In this document: positions 24,901-38,314 of the stretch, piece after piece
Layout: every line of letters begins with the position of its first letter
Position numbering within the stretch: the stretch's first letter is position 1
Assembly: GCA_021432655.1 (NCBI GenBank)
Contig: MU271459.1
Location: forward strand, 1-61,143
Source of the DNA: Atractiella rhizophila
Taxonomy: Eukaryota
DNA length: 61,143 bases
Reading direction: 5' to 3'
The notes under the pieces: generated by a model
Databases searched by the model: none
What the model saw: only the letters and a program-made list of their open reading frames with translations
Told to the model about the DNA's origin: nothing
Made by a program: the position numbers and the translations under genes

Positions 24901-25178
24901 CAACAGAGGTGGTGAAGAAAGCGTCGGCGGCATTCAACCAGCAAGCACCAGTGTTCGCCATTGACGTTGATCCTCAAACGTTCTGGAACATCATGTCCAC
25001 TCCAGGATGGATTCGACACGATCAAGACTTCAAAAAGGTTACCACTGGCTCTGTGCTAAGGCAGTACCTCAGCGAGATTCGTGACGAAATCAAGGGCATC
25101 TCACAAAGTGGGACAAAGTGGTGTTGGCTTTTTAACTCAAGGGACAATAAGGTTGCAATCCAAAGTCTCGAGGTTTGA
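18981..25178 (+). CDS. GCN2: eIF2-alpha kinase GCN2 (RWD, pseudokinase, kinase, HisRS-like, C-terminal domain); multi-exon
   Basis: RWD start (EVLQEYQALQSIY, YPKVLP); SRYLEDFEE..LGKGAFGEVVKARNKLDGNLYAIKK; acidic insert; LYIQME, HRDLKPANI, DFGLA, DMYSLGIIFFEM; HisRS-like AVGGRYD and LWDNDISAD. Confidence 0.95.
19065..19194 (+). ncRNA. Candidate intronic H/ACA snoRNA in GCN2 intron 1
   Basis: Intron 19045-19218 is 174 nt versus ~50 typical. It has a TCCA..TGGA-closed hairpin, H-box-like AAATGA (19121-19126), GCTGAA/TTCAGC and AACCT/AGGTT stems, and ACA at 19189-19191. Confidence 0.3.
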
Positions 25179-25508
25179 AGTGTTTTCTTGTGTACATGTT
25201 GAGTTTCGGTTCCTGTCTCGTTGAGAATTGTCAGTTTCGTATCGATCTGCTTGCAGTCTAATCCAAATTTAAGTCTTGTTTCAATCAATCTCACTTTACA
25301 ATCCATGTGGTTTTCATGTATGGTATCCTGCTGTACATCAACAAATAAGTCCTTTTCAATGACATCTCAGTTGCATTTACATCGTTTTCAATGATCGGGC
25401 AAAAGGTTCCATGAGATTAACTACTTGTATTAGTAAACAGCGTCCTTTAGACAGGATATCAGCACTAAGGAAACAAAGCATCACTGTTCCTTTCCTTCTT
25501 AACTCAAC

Positions 25509-28500
25509 TCAACTCTCGCCAGTCCCTTCCGTCATTGACGGCTGTGATTGTGTCGGCGGCGAAGATCCCGCGTTGTTGGAAGCAAACATAGCCTTCAACG
25601 CCAATGCGCTCTTCTTCTGTCGTATCCTCTCCACTTCCTCCGTGCCGCCTGTTTTCTTCAACATTTTCCCCGACACGAAGGAGGCCAAATCGTTGGCGAA
25701 TTCATCTTGCGATGACAAAAGCGATTGTTCTCGAGCTTTCTCCGCCTGAGCAAGAGCTTTCATGCGCCGATCCGGATCGGAATTGACAAGCTGTACTTCC
25801 TTCATCACGGTTGAAAGACCTTGATGCCCTTCCTTCGGAGGTGGGGGAACGAAGGCACGTCCCGATGAAGCGCCTTTAAGGTTGAGGTACTGCTCAATGT
25901 TGGAAAATACGGCACAGAAATCTTCGTGATCGGCCTGAAGATCCTTCAACAGCTCCTCTTGGAAATTAAGCAGTTGCTGCTCCTCCACGACGTTCTGCAA
26001 TTCGGCCGCCCAGGTCTGTTTCCAGCTCGGCTTCGTCGAGGAAATGTATTCGCTTATTGACTCCAGCTCCGCCTTAGTGGACTCAATCAACTTCCTTACA
26101 TTCGCCACTTGTGTTGTCTTCGGCCGGATCTTTCGATTGGTAACATCATGCTTGAGGTCTTCTACAGTGTCAGATAGTTCGTCAATCTTGGTGACCAGCT
26201 CCTGAGTACGACTATCCAGCTTAGTCTTTCCAGCTTCTAAGAAGGCTCGTGCACCAGCAGGTTTCGTGTTTGCCAATCGCCGCACATTCTCATTCTGTGT
26301 CCGGAGGGTAGCAAAAAGCTGCTTAGTCTCAGAGGTAAAGGTGTCGTAGACCTGACGGATGACACCAATGTCTCTCCGAAGGTTTTGCACCTCGTCAAAG
26401 TTGTTCTTGAGGTCAGACACTATTTGGCCGACTCGGCCATCGACACTGGCTGACGTAGGTAGAGGGGAGACCACAGGAGGCGTTTGCGGCGCGCTTCCAG
26501 TTTCTGAGGTCAAGGGCAAAGCTTCTGGCGGCAGTGGAGAGCGATTGCTGATCAGCGATTCTTTCTTGAGTTTGAGCACCTTGTGCGCAATGGCATGGAA
26601 TTGGGTCTCTGTTGGCCGGAGGACAGGGGAGATTGGGTGATCTGGTGGAACGGACGCAGCGAGGGCATTCTGGCTGTAAGACTGCCGACGGAGGGAGGTG
26701 AGAGAAGTTTTGAGATCTTTGATGTCTTGTGAGAGTGAGAGGAGACCTTGGTCAATATGTTGCTTTACTTGGTCCAGGGCTGCAAACGAGAAAATCAGAA
26801 AACCTTCACGTCCCTCCAAAAAAAGACGTACGTTCAATATTCAAGCTCAGCACGCATCCATCTTGTACTTCCGTCATATCCTCCAATTCATATTGGACGC
26901 CGACTTTCGTATCTCGAATGTATATTGACGGGAAAGTCTCCATACCCGGATTGTACTGAAAACGTTCCATGAACAGCATCCTGAGGGACGAGATTGTTGG
27001 GCTCGAGTCAATCTTGCACTTCTTCACCTCTCTACCAAGTTGAAGGAAGACCTTTATTTCACTCTCACTACTTGACGACTCCCTCCTCGTCGGTGTTACC
27101 GTATTGATCTGTGGGAGTGGCGGAGGAGTAATGGTAGTTGAAACTGGTTCCGCCCCCTTCGACGCCAGAGACGGCACTGGTGGCACCTCCGTCTCCGCTG
27201 CTACTTCATCCTCCTTTTCTTCTGAGACGTCTTCGCTCGCGAGGGTAGGCATAGTCCCTTTCCGCTCCCTAGCTCCTCTAGCTCTCCTCCTCTTCTCCTC
27301 CTCTTTCAACCTCCTCCTTTCCTCCTTCGTCCCATTCACTAGTTCCCTTCCCGCATCTCCCTCCTTCCCAGATCCGCCTGCACCCCCAGTAAGGTTCATC
27401 ATCGCTGACCCTATCCCATAAGATGCATCGCCCTTCCCTCCCGGAGCACCGGTCATCTTATTGAACGTATAAGCAGAGAAACGCTTGGAAGCGCGCCGAG
27501 CCAATACATCCGACTTCTGCAAAGCTGCAAGTGAGTTCATTTGAGCTTCGGATGGGGGTTCTGGTGGTAGAGGAGGGGTATCGTGTCGCTCAGGCATGCG
27601 GATTTCTGGAGGTGGTGGAGGTGGAGGCGGAGGAGCAGTTTCTGGGAATAGTGGAGAAGCAGGTGGCAGAGGAGGGATTGCGGGGGCAGGGGGAAGGGAG
27701 GTAGCCGGTCGGTCAGGAGGTATGAATGGTGGGTCCCTGTTTTCCGACGATACAGCAGCAACTGATTTTGGACGATCAGCAAGTGAGGGAAGAGGTGGAA
27801 CGTTATTATCTGTCAGAGCGGTGGGCATAAGGAAACCTGACGTTGAATTGCGAAACAAGAAGGAATCGACTCACTATTTCCCATTCCCGGATAGCCAGCG
27901 GCAGCCGAATGCTCATCCATCGAACCTCCAATCCTCCTCTCGGCCTCTTCAATTTCGGACCGTCAGGCAGTCCTCTTGGGACAGCGGCAGATGTAGCTGT
28001 CGCTTCAGAAGCAGTCATCGAGCTTCCTCTCCGTACGCTACCGTTTGCATTCGCTGGTGTGGTTGGCCTTGATGGAACTCCAGTAGAACCAGGCTCGCTT
28101 GCTTGACTCGCGCGTGAGACGCGGGAGATGCTGCGATTGTGTACTGGTCGTCCATTCGCATCGTTAAGGACAGCGCTACCACTAGGCGGCGACCCAGGGA
28201 CAGAGTTATTGTCAGGGGGAGGAATGGGCTTGGATTCGCGAGCTCTTCGTTCAGCTACGATGCTCCGATAAATCTGGCAAACCTCTTAACAGGCTATTGT
28301 GAAGATGGGAAACATGACATACTTGTTGTTTTCCCTTTAAACCCTGCAACAAGCCAATGATAATCTCCCTGATTTGCGGCAAGTGAATCTCCAATGTTGC
28401 GGGGGAGACCTCCTCGGACGATAAGCAGGCCTCCAGACAAGTCCTAAGCTGATCAGGTACAGATAGTAGCTCTCTAATTGATTGAACCACAGATATCTCA

Positions 28501-29000
28501 AGACTGGTTCCGTGACGGAATAGAGGAAATGCGTACGTCATGCTAATTCCCTCCTTACTAAATGCACGGCAAGCAACATTGAACTCGTTCCCCAGCCTCA
28601 CGTAAATATCAGAAACATCCTGCTCTGTGATGCGTCCTTGAGACCATTTAGTTAAGCCTACACCTGTTCTTCAGCCCAAATTAGGAAACCAAAGCTTAAC
28701 GCACTTTCAAGGAGCTGCTTTGTTGCTACAAGCAGTCTGGTGACCGAGCTCTCCATGTGTGAGCTGGATGTGCTTCCTGAAGTTGACGAGTGCTGCACAA
28801 CATTGCATTAGTCAGGCATGCTGAGTGATTTTGACCAATAGACGACAGCCTCCGCTACCGACTCCTCAATCAAACCAGAGCTAACGACATACCCGCGAAG
28901 ACCCTCTCCCACTTCCATTCCTCCTAGCCACAGATGAGGCAGATGCAGTGGAAGAAGAAGCCATAGAGTATCTAGGATCGTTCAAGTTCGCATTCTCCAT
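25509..29000 (-). CDS. BUD6: Bud site selection protein 6 / actin-interacting protein 3; multi-exon
   Basis: MESSVTRLLVATKQLLE.., IKVFLQLGREVKK..LRMLFMERFQYNPG..FPSIYIRD..YELED..VLSLNIE, KPSWKQTWAAELQNVVEEQQ, LKKTGGTEEVERIRQKK. Confidence 0.9.
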
Positions 29001-29318
29001 CTCAGGCACTGTGCTCAAGCCTCCGGGACTGCTGAGACTTGTAGATTCGTTTGGATTGACTCTCCCGGTTGTAGCTGAGGTGTAGGGAGCAGACCCCGAG
29101 AGGGTGTAGATCCTGTCGACGACGGTCTCCGTGGTTGCGATGGCCTTATGGCTAGCTGGCGGAAGGCTCGTTGAGCAAGAGGTTGGTGGTTGCGGTTGCG
29201 ATTCTTCCAAGAATTAGGTTCCTGATCGGGTCACTCAATAATATTTTTCTGTTTGCCTCACACACCGTACTTGAGGACTATACCTTGCTGTACATTTTCA
29301 GGTCAACAGCCATCAAAG

Positions 29319-30146
29319 ATGCCTAATAACAGAGTAAAAACGACGAAGCAGCTCCAATCCAAGAAATCTGGTGTAGCGACCAAGAAGTTGCATCCAGAGT
29401 CCAGGAGGGCAAAGCAGGTGATGCGCATCAATCTCAGAACTGAAAAACTGGCCAAAGCAAAGAAAGCACGGAGAGAGGTGGAAGTGGGAAAAGGTGCGAT
29501 TCAGTGATTATCTAAAGAAATGACTGATATGTCAGCTTGTGAAGTGGACAGGCATATCCATATCATCCATTCCATGGCACCAGAGAAATCCAGACTCTCT
29601 CTCCAGGAACTGCACGAATTATTACAGCAATACATTCACCGGAACACAGAAGAAGTACGTTTTCTATCTCTTTACCACCTTGTGCCATGATATTGATCGA
29701 GGACTTGGATGTTCAGCTAACGAAGCTTCAAAAAGAGCGACGGCCTGGCCGTCCAAAAGGTAAACGCGAAGTCGAGATCGAGATGGCGGTCTCACGAGAC
29801 ACAGAAGAAGGGAGAAGCGGATTCCTACTTCCTGATCTAACAGACTCTTGGTGTGTCCAACTTTGTCGACAATGGATTGACGATCCACTCAATGGGGATC
29901 CTTCGTTTCTCGTATGTCCTTCCAGTTATTCCTCTACTTCGAATACGTGGCTGATGCTCCATGAATAGCCGCGTATCAAACTTATAAGAATATCCACATC
30001 ACATATCGAGGAGGTCGTCGTCGTTCAGGACGGCGCGAAGCAAGGGCGTTGAGTTTGTGGATCCAGTGGATCAGGAGATGGAGGATGGAGATGAAGAAGA
30101 AGATTCAGCAGAAGGGGACAAGATGGAGACTGGTGACGGATCTTGA
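29319..30146 (+). CDS. TMA16: Translation machinery-associated protein 16; multi-exon
   Basis: LHPESRRAKQ, ERRPGRPKGKRE, GFLLPDLTD. As assembled it stops at 30052; removing one A at ~30043 extends it through an acidic tail to TGA at 30146. Confidence 0.8.
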
Positions 30147-31399
30147 TACTGAAGCCAGATGCCTGCATTTTCGTTTTGCCCTCTCTCCTCTTGGTCTTAA
30201 TCCGCTGCTTTGCTTCATGTTTTTCTCGTTTGTCTACAGAGATTTGGTCCATGATACGTCATGTGTTTAGTAGAAAGCCGTGTATTACACAAGGCAGAAG
30301 CATTGTATGACAATCTTCGATACGTATTTGAATCAGCCAGTCAACTATTGTTCGATGTAAGGTAAAGTTGAGAGAGGAGAGCGAAGACAAGCAGTCAAAC
30401 ATCGGCAAGATGAAAGAGAACACAAGAAGAAAAAGGCAATCGATGGGTTTGAGACGAAAGCAAATGCATGACTTCTTCTTGTATCCACTACTGCAATGAG
30501 CAGTGGCATTGGGGAGGCATGCAGGACCTTTGCGGATAAAGCTATCTTTGAAAACTTTGAGGCAAAGGTCGATTCGGTTGGACATGGTAGTTGTGGACGA
30601 TTGAAGAAATTGATTGCTGAAATCCATTGGGCGAGCAGAGCAATGAGAACTGCCAACTTTGAAAACATACTGACAACAAGAAGGAAAAGAGGAAGAGGAA
30701 AGGGAAGACAACGGGAACTAGGGGTATGCACACAAATCTGAAGGCGAGGCATGGAATGAACAAAAACCAAGGCAAGAGACGGTTTTGAGAGTAAGTAACG
30801 ATTCGATGAACGTTTGCCATTTGGTAAGGTATTAGAACTGAGATTTGCGTATGAAGTGAAGGCATCCGAATTTGTCTCATCTGAAATTGGTTGGGCTGAG
30901 GTGGATTGGATTGGATTGGAGTTGGTGAGGTGACTGAAGTAGCTAAAGATTTGGATTTGGATCTGGCTGAAACGTGCGTGTTGTAAACGTCCTTTTGTGT
31001 TAAGAAACACAAGAGCGAGGAGATCGTATGTGCCTGCGAGCAATGTAGAGGTACAGATTGGTATTAACTAAACACTGTAATGAATCTGCTCTCCTCATTC
31101 ATCAACAATCATCGAAAGACAGAGAAAGGATAAGCAGACCTGGGAGCAATCACTCCCGGCCTGTCGCCACATGTTTCGTCAGGCTGGATGATAGATCCAG
31201 CTCGCCTGCCATTCGACAGACGTCGCACACTGAACAATGACGTGAGGGAAAAACAAAAAGAAAGAAAAAAACCTAAAACCGAAAACGGCCCGGCAAACCA
31301 ATCAAAATGAAAACGAAGAAAAATCCCGAAAAACAACCCCAAAGCAAAAAAAAAAAAAACCCAAGCCCAAAAAACCCGTGGCCAAAAAGAACAAAAGAA

Positions 31400-32760
31400 A
31401 TAACTCACTTTGCATCCTATGCGCTCTGTTCTGCATGATCTCTGCCAATTTTACCCTATCAGCATTCATGTTCTCCAGTCCGGGTCCCAACGTCAACAGA
31501 GTCTTCTTTGATCGGGATAGGAATTGCACCCAGAAGCTAGGATGTGCTCCCTGTTCTCCTCCTCCTTTTCCCTCGAGGAGGAAGAAGAGGCGTCGAACGG
31601 CGGCGAAGGCTTGGATGTAAGCATAAAGGGCTCCACCTCTGTCGCGAATGAAGGCGTATTCCTCGAAGCTGACGTCGGTACCATAGATGAAACAAGTGGC
31701 TTCAAATTCGGCCTCCTCTTGACTGACCTGGATGACATACATCAGCATCGATTAGATGCTGACAGGGAAGGGCGTACCTCAGCATTGCTTGATGTGCCAG
31801 CGCGACGACCAGCTCGTTCTTTCCTGTTGCCACGTATCAGACAAGACGACAAGAAGGTAAAGTCACTCACCTCTTTGCGCCGACGAGAGGTTGACGAGTC
31901 GGTAGCGCAGCTCTATTTGGTTCGTTTACAAGGTATCGTCTGAAGAATGGAGGAGGCTAGATCGCATCGAAACCGCTTGTCAAAATCTCGGTTGTCCACG
32001 CAGATCATCGCGATCACTTACCAAGGGGAAGTGTGGGAGATTCCAATTCAAGTCGAGGAGATGGATGTAGTCGATTTGCAGGGTGAGAGATTTGAGATCC
32101 CAGTCGGGATGAACGGGCTGATCCGTGACCCAAGGCGCGATCTCTTGCATGGTGTATGTTGGGGATGGCGAAAGGACGGTGGTGGCTCTGGACGAAGGAG
32201 GGGATGGATATACTTCTAGTGAATGAATGGAACAATGAAACGTCAACTTCAATTCACTTGGGCGAACAAAGCCACGCAAACTTACCGATTTGGGGTGCTC
32301 CTTCGTCCATCGATGCTTCCAAAGCTAGATCCCTTTTCTTCTTGAAGATTCGACAAGCCTCTGCACTTAAGGTTGGGTCATCGCGTGCAACCGGATGTAA
32401 CCACAGGCAAAGTAGAACCCCTGGCGGCAAATTAGCAAGATCGTTGGTCGGAACTTTGCTGAAATCAATGAGGTGAAGGTTATGGATCGTGAGCTCGTCG
32501 ATGGGGAGTAATCGAGTGTGAGACCTTGGAGAAATTGAAGATGAAGAGGTGGATCGCGTTGCAGACATTCTAACGACGCGCCGCATCTTGTATTCGTCTG
32601 CGTCCACTCCAAGTGTCCGGCACTCTTCCTCCTTAGCCAAAAATCGGGAGCCACGGATCGTTGGAAGTGGCGACCACAGGAGGAATGCTGCACTTATAGG
32701 TGATATTGAATTAGAATTTGCCCTGACGTAAAGCCTATTGAGATGAATGTAGTTTCGTAG
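31400..32760 (-). CDS. Hypothetical multi-exon protein
   Basis: Consecutive protein-like minus-strand ORFs (32254..32640, 31980..32279, 31302..31748) separated by intron-like signals; no recognisable family; ends approximate. Confidence 0.4.
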
Positions 32761-33376
32761 ATTGTGGTGTCAGGGCGCACGAGCAAAGCGGTCGAAAATG
32801 CGAGGACGGGCGGGAACTCCAGCTCGCTCCAAAGCTACCTCTGTTGTGATTTGGGCAGATTGGGGAAGCAGAGGCCGGTTCTATAGTACGCCAGCTTGGA
32901 CAGGCGAGATTGATTGCTGCCCGTGACGAGATGAGACTCAAAAAAAATTTCTGAAGGCCGAAGACATGTCTGTTTGAAGCTCAAAGTTAACGTTTATCAA
33001 ATAAGGTTTCAAATACAGTTTACGCCTGGAACCTTGTGGATGCCTCTCAGGGACAACCAAATTTCTGGATCCTCAGCTCGATCCTTCACACAAAAGGAAC
33101 TTGTTTGCAAACCAACCTAAACAGCGTTTGGAAAACAATGGACACAACCCAAACCTACCATCTGCTTCATCAACGATGAAGTTCTGAGAGATGGAGGAAA
33201 GCAGAACAATAGCCCACCCACAAAGACTTGACAGGGACAAGCATTGATGAAGGACAATGGTAAATTAACTTTTCTGCGCCTCCGTTGGCATTCTCGGACA
33301 CCCTCATTCCAAACGGTTGGGGCTGCTCCTCATATGGAGCTCTGCGCTCATCCTGAGCTCAGCCGACGCGGAGGAT

Positions 33377-33754
33377 TTATTCATTTGCATGCATGACATG
33401 CATAACTGTCAACAGTTGAGTGATCCAACTTTGTCCTTCTACATTTGGGTCGGATCTGGGCGCTCTCAGCTTTGACAGAGTTGCGGAAGTCCAGAATGTT
33501 TGCGTTAGCTTATCCTCCGCCATCATCACTATTTGTTTGATTTCAGATCGACAGTAAATTACTCGCATTTTCGAGAAAGCATCTCCTTGCCGTTTATCTC
33601 TCGGCGCAGCTGGAGAAGCGACTGAAGGGATCAATATTGTTGCATATTGCTCAATCTCAGCAGCGGAAAGCTGTCCTAGACGGAAAATTTTCATCAAGCT
33701 TTCGGCTAAAGATGGCAGCAGCAGAACGGAGAAAGTCAGTTGATTTCTCGTCAA
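33377..33754 (-). CDS. Probable exon of a hypothetical gene or gene relic
   Basis: 125-aa ORF with protein-like helical composition; no motif recognised. Confidence 0.25.
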   Translation of the reverse strand: MTRNQLTFSVLLLPSLAESLMKIFRLGQLSAAEIEQYATILIPSVASPAAPRDKRQGDAFSKMRVIYCRSEIKQIVMMAEDKLTQTFWTSATLSKLRAPRSDPNVEGQSWITQLLTVMHVMHANE

Positions 33755-35918
33755 CGGGATTGACCGAAATATCCATGCTGTGGCACAGTTTCAGCCTCCT
33801 CCACTGGTTTCACGTCGAAATTTCATTTCCTCTGATAGCCATATTGAAATTCATCGTCCCGAGAGTTGAACTTTCTAGAATTGCAGGTCACGAGTGCCTT
33901 CAAACGCGACAGTGCAGCGACACCGTGTTTTGTTACATATGTCCAAAAATCTCATTCATTGCGCTTCCCTTCGCTGGCGACAGCCACTGCAGAGAAGAAG
34001 ATGCTTTGTACCGCCATATCGTTCCAAGCATATCAGGAGCAAAGGAAGATCAGGGCAAGCATTGCATTTATTGCTCATTTCTACAAGTGACGAGGCTCGC
34101 CTCTGCCCTCGACATGCGCGCGTCAACTATTCTGACAATGTTTTCAAAGTGAGAAGCCTGCTGTCAATAGTTAGGTGCTCTTGTGCTCTTGCTGTCTCCT
34201 CATGAAAAGCAAAAGTGAACATCGACAGTGCTGGCTGGACATTGATATATATCGTTATCTGATCTGCCCTTCAGCAATATTGGGTTTGACGGCCATGAAG
34301 GTACTATGAGTGGTAAAACTCTGCATAACAGTTCTTTTGTAGGAATGTTGTATAATTCACTCTGATGCCACAGCCAATAATATTAGGTGTGGCAAAGGCG
34401 TTACGAATGCTTGAAACCGCCTACACCAAAATTGTGCAACTTGTCTTAACGAATGACAGATCTGGCAAGGGGACTGAGCGTTCAGCCGCCGAAACGGAGG
34501 ATACCAAGTAAATGTTATGGAGGAAGACTCTCACCTTCAAGTTGATTGCATTCCCAACAATTCGGTCATTCTTTCATACGACCAATGTGTCTTTGTTGCC
34601 TTTTTGACTCCTCCTGATTGTACGTGCTGAGCAGCTGTTGTGGATAGCTGTTGAGATTATGGACACTGCGCATGCAGCGAGTGAGGGATGAAATCGAGAA
34701 CCACGTGGCGATACGCCCAATCAAGCGTCGGCATTTCCGAAAGCAGAGGAAAATACTGATATTTCTGCCCAGTCCAATCAACATCGGCTAGGACATCACC
34801 GTTTCAGCATCTAACATTTCCATCCTCGATTGGCACCTTTATGCAAACAACTACATCAAGATTGAAACAGTTATTAAATCGGACAAAGGATGTGACTTCG
34901 ATGAGGGATAGAAGCTTCCCTGCAGCTGTCAATGATAGTTAACTTGAACGGAACGAAAGGTGTGAGGATGAACCCATTTTCACCTTAACCTTTCTGGGCT
35001 CATTTTATTTTATTGACGTGTATCCATTCTCTGAGCCATTGACTAATCGAAATTTTCGACGAATAGCTTTTTCTCTGGACCTTTTCGAGTCTAGCCTTGT
35101 CTAGCCTTATGTCTACATTCATTGTTATCTCATGGAGAGACAAGTGATGATGGGGCTCTCGTCGTTCTTGATGCGTTTTGATCTATCTCAGTCATGCTGC
35201 GGTAATACTTGTTTCGTGTCACTTTGTCGATGTTAGGTAATACTTGTTTCGTGTCACTTTGTCGATGTTTCTAATGATGAGGAATAGCTGAAACTTCGCA
35301 TATGTGTACTTCCTGACGGAAGAATAGCCGATGCTAATGTCTGGGACGTACTCAGAGACTCTCGAGTCAAGACTGCTCCCACTGCTCGAACTGAATCGTA
35401 GATGATCTCAGCGACATAATCAGGCTGTATGACAATCAGCATACCTTGGTGTTCGAGTGTCACATCCTGCTTTGTTCATGCAGTGAGTTTGCAACCTGCG
35501 AGACTCGCAGACAAGCTGGTGCGCAAGAATGATGGTGTATTGTGCGATCCACATTGGATTAACATGAAGACCGCCAGCAGAACGCGTTGTAGCTTCGCTT
35601 TCCATCAGTTTGGAGTTCCAGAGTTCTTCAGCCTTACTATATAGGTATTGACATTCATTTCCTCTCCGCCTGCAACTGCCTGTGCCTCTTTGACAATTCT
35701 ATCACGTGCTGAGGTCGCGCCACGTAACCTTCTTCCGCATCTACAAGTGATGTCATGAAGGAACGTCACTCTAGCACACATAATGAAATCGTCAATGAGT
35801 GAGCTCATCGTGATGTTCCTCTCATTTTCGCTTTATAAACAGTCCTCCCCCTATCCTCGACCGCACCAAACCAATTCTAATTCCTCTGTTTCACTGAACG
35901 AACACATAACGACTTATT

Positions 35919-36770
35919 ATGGCTTCTCCTGCTCCCTCCAGGTCTCCTTCGACTTCTCCTCAAGTCAAACCCCAAGATCAACCCGCCCAGGATCCTTCCC
36001 GCGGTCGCTCCCGTCCCCCAGGTGGTCGCTCCGTCTCGATGTCCTCAAACAATGCTTCAGATAATGAAAGCGAAGCCGGATCGGTGACGGGAGGACGAAA
36101 CCGACGACGAAGGAATCGAGGACGAAAACAACCCCAGAATTTGGGACAAATTGACGAGGGTGGCAATCAAATTCAGCAAGTCACGAATACCGCCAATGGA
36201 GTCGTGGATACCGTGAAAGGAACGGCTGATGGGATTATCGGCGCAAAGCCCGGTGGAGGTGACAAAGAGACGTTGAGTTTGAGGTTGGATCTCAACATCG
36301 ATGTAAGTTTGCATCAATTTATAATAGATACTTGGAACTGAGGGATCAAACAATGCTTCAGATAATGAAAGCGAAGCCGGATCGGTGACGGGAGGACGAA
36401 ACCGACGACGAAGGAATCGAGGACGAAAACAACCCCAGAATTTGGGACAAATTGACGAGGGTGGCAATCAAATTCAGCAAGTCACGAATACCGCCAATGG
36501 AGTCGTGGATACCGTGAAAGGAACGGCTGATGGGATTATCGGCGCAAAGCCCGGTGGAGGTGACAAAGAGACGTTGAGTTTGAGGTTGGATCTCAACATC
36601 GATGTAAGTTTGCATCAATTTATAATAGATACTTGGAACTGAGGGTCGTTCGGTGAAAGGTCTATGTCGAACTGAAGGCGAAACTTCATGGAGATGTCAC
36701 CCTTGCACTTTTGTGCGTCGCCATTCCTCCCTCTCACCCACGCAGATCGCTTACTGATGCTTAGGCGTTA
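35919..36770 (+). CDS. Small conserved fungal protein with C-terminal LRLDLNIDV..ELKAKLHGDVTLALL motif; contains a 300-bp duplication
   Basis: Low-complexity N-terminus; TLSLRLDLNID | intron | VYVELKAKLHGDVTLALL; TATAAA at ~35833. Confidence 0.7.
36045..36645. repeat. Exact 300-bp direct duplication separated by one A
   Basis: 36045-36344 equals 36346-36645. Confidence 0.95.
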
Positions 36771-37458
36771 AATAGGGGATAAAGCATTCGAATTTGTGAA
36801 TATTGCCGTCTCCTTTGTTTATACCTCAAGAGAAGATGTACACCACAATAATCCACGCCGCCTTTCTCATTTCCATACGATGGACCTTTAAGTGAATGTA
36901 GTTTAGTCACAAAGGGGCCAGATTGGCCGGAGGTCAGAATATTAACTTTCGCAGTTTCCTGTACAAATGTTTGGCACAGATTCAAATTTCTAAGTGGTAC
37001 AATCACACAATGGTTGAAGGCAACATACAATATACCAAGCAGAAGCTTGAGTCCCCTCCCCCGAAGTAAGAAACCAAAGTCCGAAACAAAACTTTTCGAA
37101 CAATTTCGTCTGCCCAGCCTGCACTCCAAAGCTCCAAATATGAGCACAGCTCCCAGTGTCTGCTTCGCTTATAGACGGGCAGGTAAAGCTTCCATGCATC
37201 AGTGCTGTTGAAACATCCACCTGTTTCGGAGACCATCTCACCTTGCACGCCTATTAGAGAAAAGTGTTGCTAGGAGCTGGCTGTACGAATAGGGCAATGA
37301 ATTGACAATAAAGAATCACTAAATTTCGATAAATCGTGTATAATACAATCTGATAGCTGCTTTCGCGCAGTATCATTATTCCTTGTTCTCGTCCAAAGTC
37401 CATGCAGTCATTTGGCATTTGGCATCTAAAGTCCATAAGAAATGATATATATCATAAC

Positions 37459-38081
37459 TCAAATCAAAGCTGCAAAGGTGGAAAACACGAGGACGCCAAT
37501 AAAGATGGCTCGTTTCGGAGAAAGAAGTGGCGCAGCGTTCCAAACAGTCACTGTTTTCGTGACTATTGCATCGGAGGGCACCGATATCGTAGTAGTAATG
37601 GTAGTCGTTCCTCCATTGCCTACATTCCAAACAAATAAGGGTGGTTAAAGCGCAACTACAGAGAAGAGAGAACGAAAAACCGCACCAGCTTGTGAACTGC
37701 TAGTTGTGGTTGTAGTTTGTCCTTCGCTTAAATGTCAATTGTTAGATTGTACACCTGGATTAAAGGCAAGCATCGTACATGACGGTCACTATGCAACGTT
37801 CGCGTCACTCACTCCCAAGTATCTCTCTAAAGGGAACACGAACCAGTTACAGTGGTCCATTCTTCCTGGCGCTTCTCAAGCTTTATATCCGATTCAGCTA
37901 CATTTGCGCCAAAGACATACTGGCCGTCATTCCCGTTCCACGGCGTAGGGTCTAGGACAAGGGCTGAAGGAGCTGGAGAGGCAGTGATTTTGGGGTATGC
38001 AGGAAACGGGTTTGAGGTGCTCGCGTGCAGCGGTGACGCAAGACTGGTAAAATAGGCAGGTATATAAGGTATGAGAGGCAT
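37459..38081 (-). CDS. Small Ser/Thr-rich protein with C-terminal GPI-anchor-like signal; multi-exon
   Basis: MPLIPY..LEKRQEEWTTVT spliced to EGQTTTTTSSSQAGNGGTTTITTTISVPSDAIVTKTVTVWNAAPLLSPKRAIFIGVLVFSTFAALI*. Confidence 0.55.
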
Positions 38082-38314
38082 TCTAACGCGTAGGATAGAA
38101 AAGAACAAGCCCTTTGAGGAGAAGTCGTTGGCTGGTCGATGCTGGACTGGGATCACAATACATGTACGTACTCCGGTCCTTGCCGACATCGGCCACGCTT
38201 CGGCTTCAGAACAACTGCTTAAAGCCAGGCTACAGGCTGGCATGGATGGCACGCTGCTGCCTTGGAAGCAGCAGTTGATCGCCTGCCTGAGCTTACGATA
38301 CAGCATCATCCGCC

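Noticed and set aside
31245..31400. A-rich tract as a retroelement poly(A) tail
   Set aside because: No TSD or RT remnant; better explained as the U-rich 3' region of the minus-strand gene.
34200..35810. Short minus-strand ORFs suggesting a gene
   Set aside because: No consistent exon chain or recognisable motif could be built.
36346..36645. Real tandem exon duplication
   Set aside because: 100% identical including intron sequence and has the single-A junction; most likely an assembly artefact.
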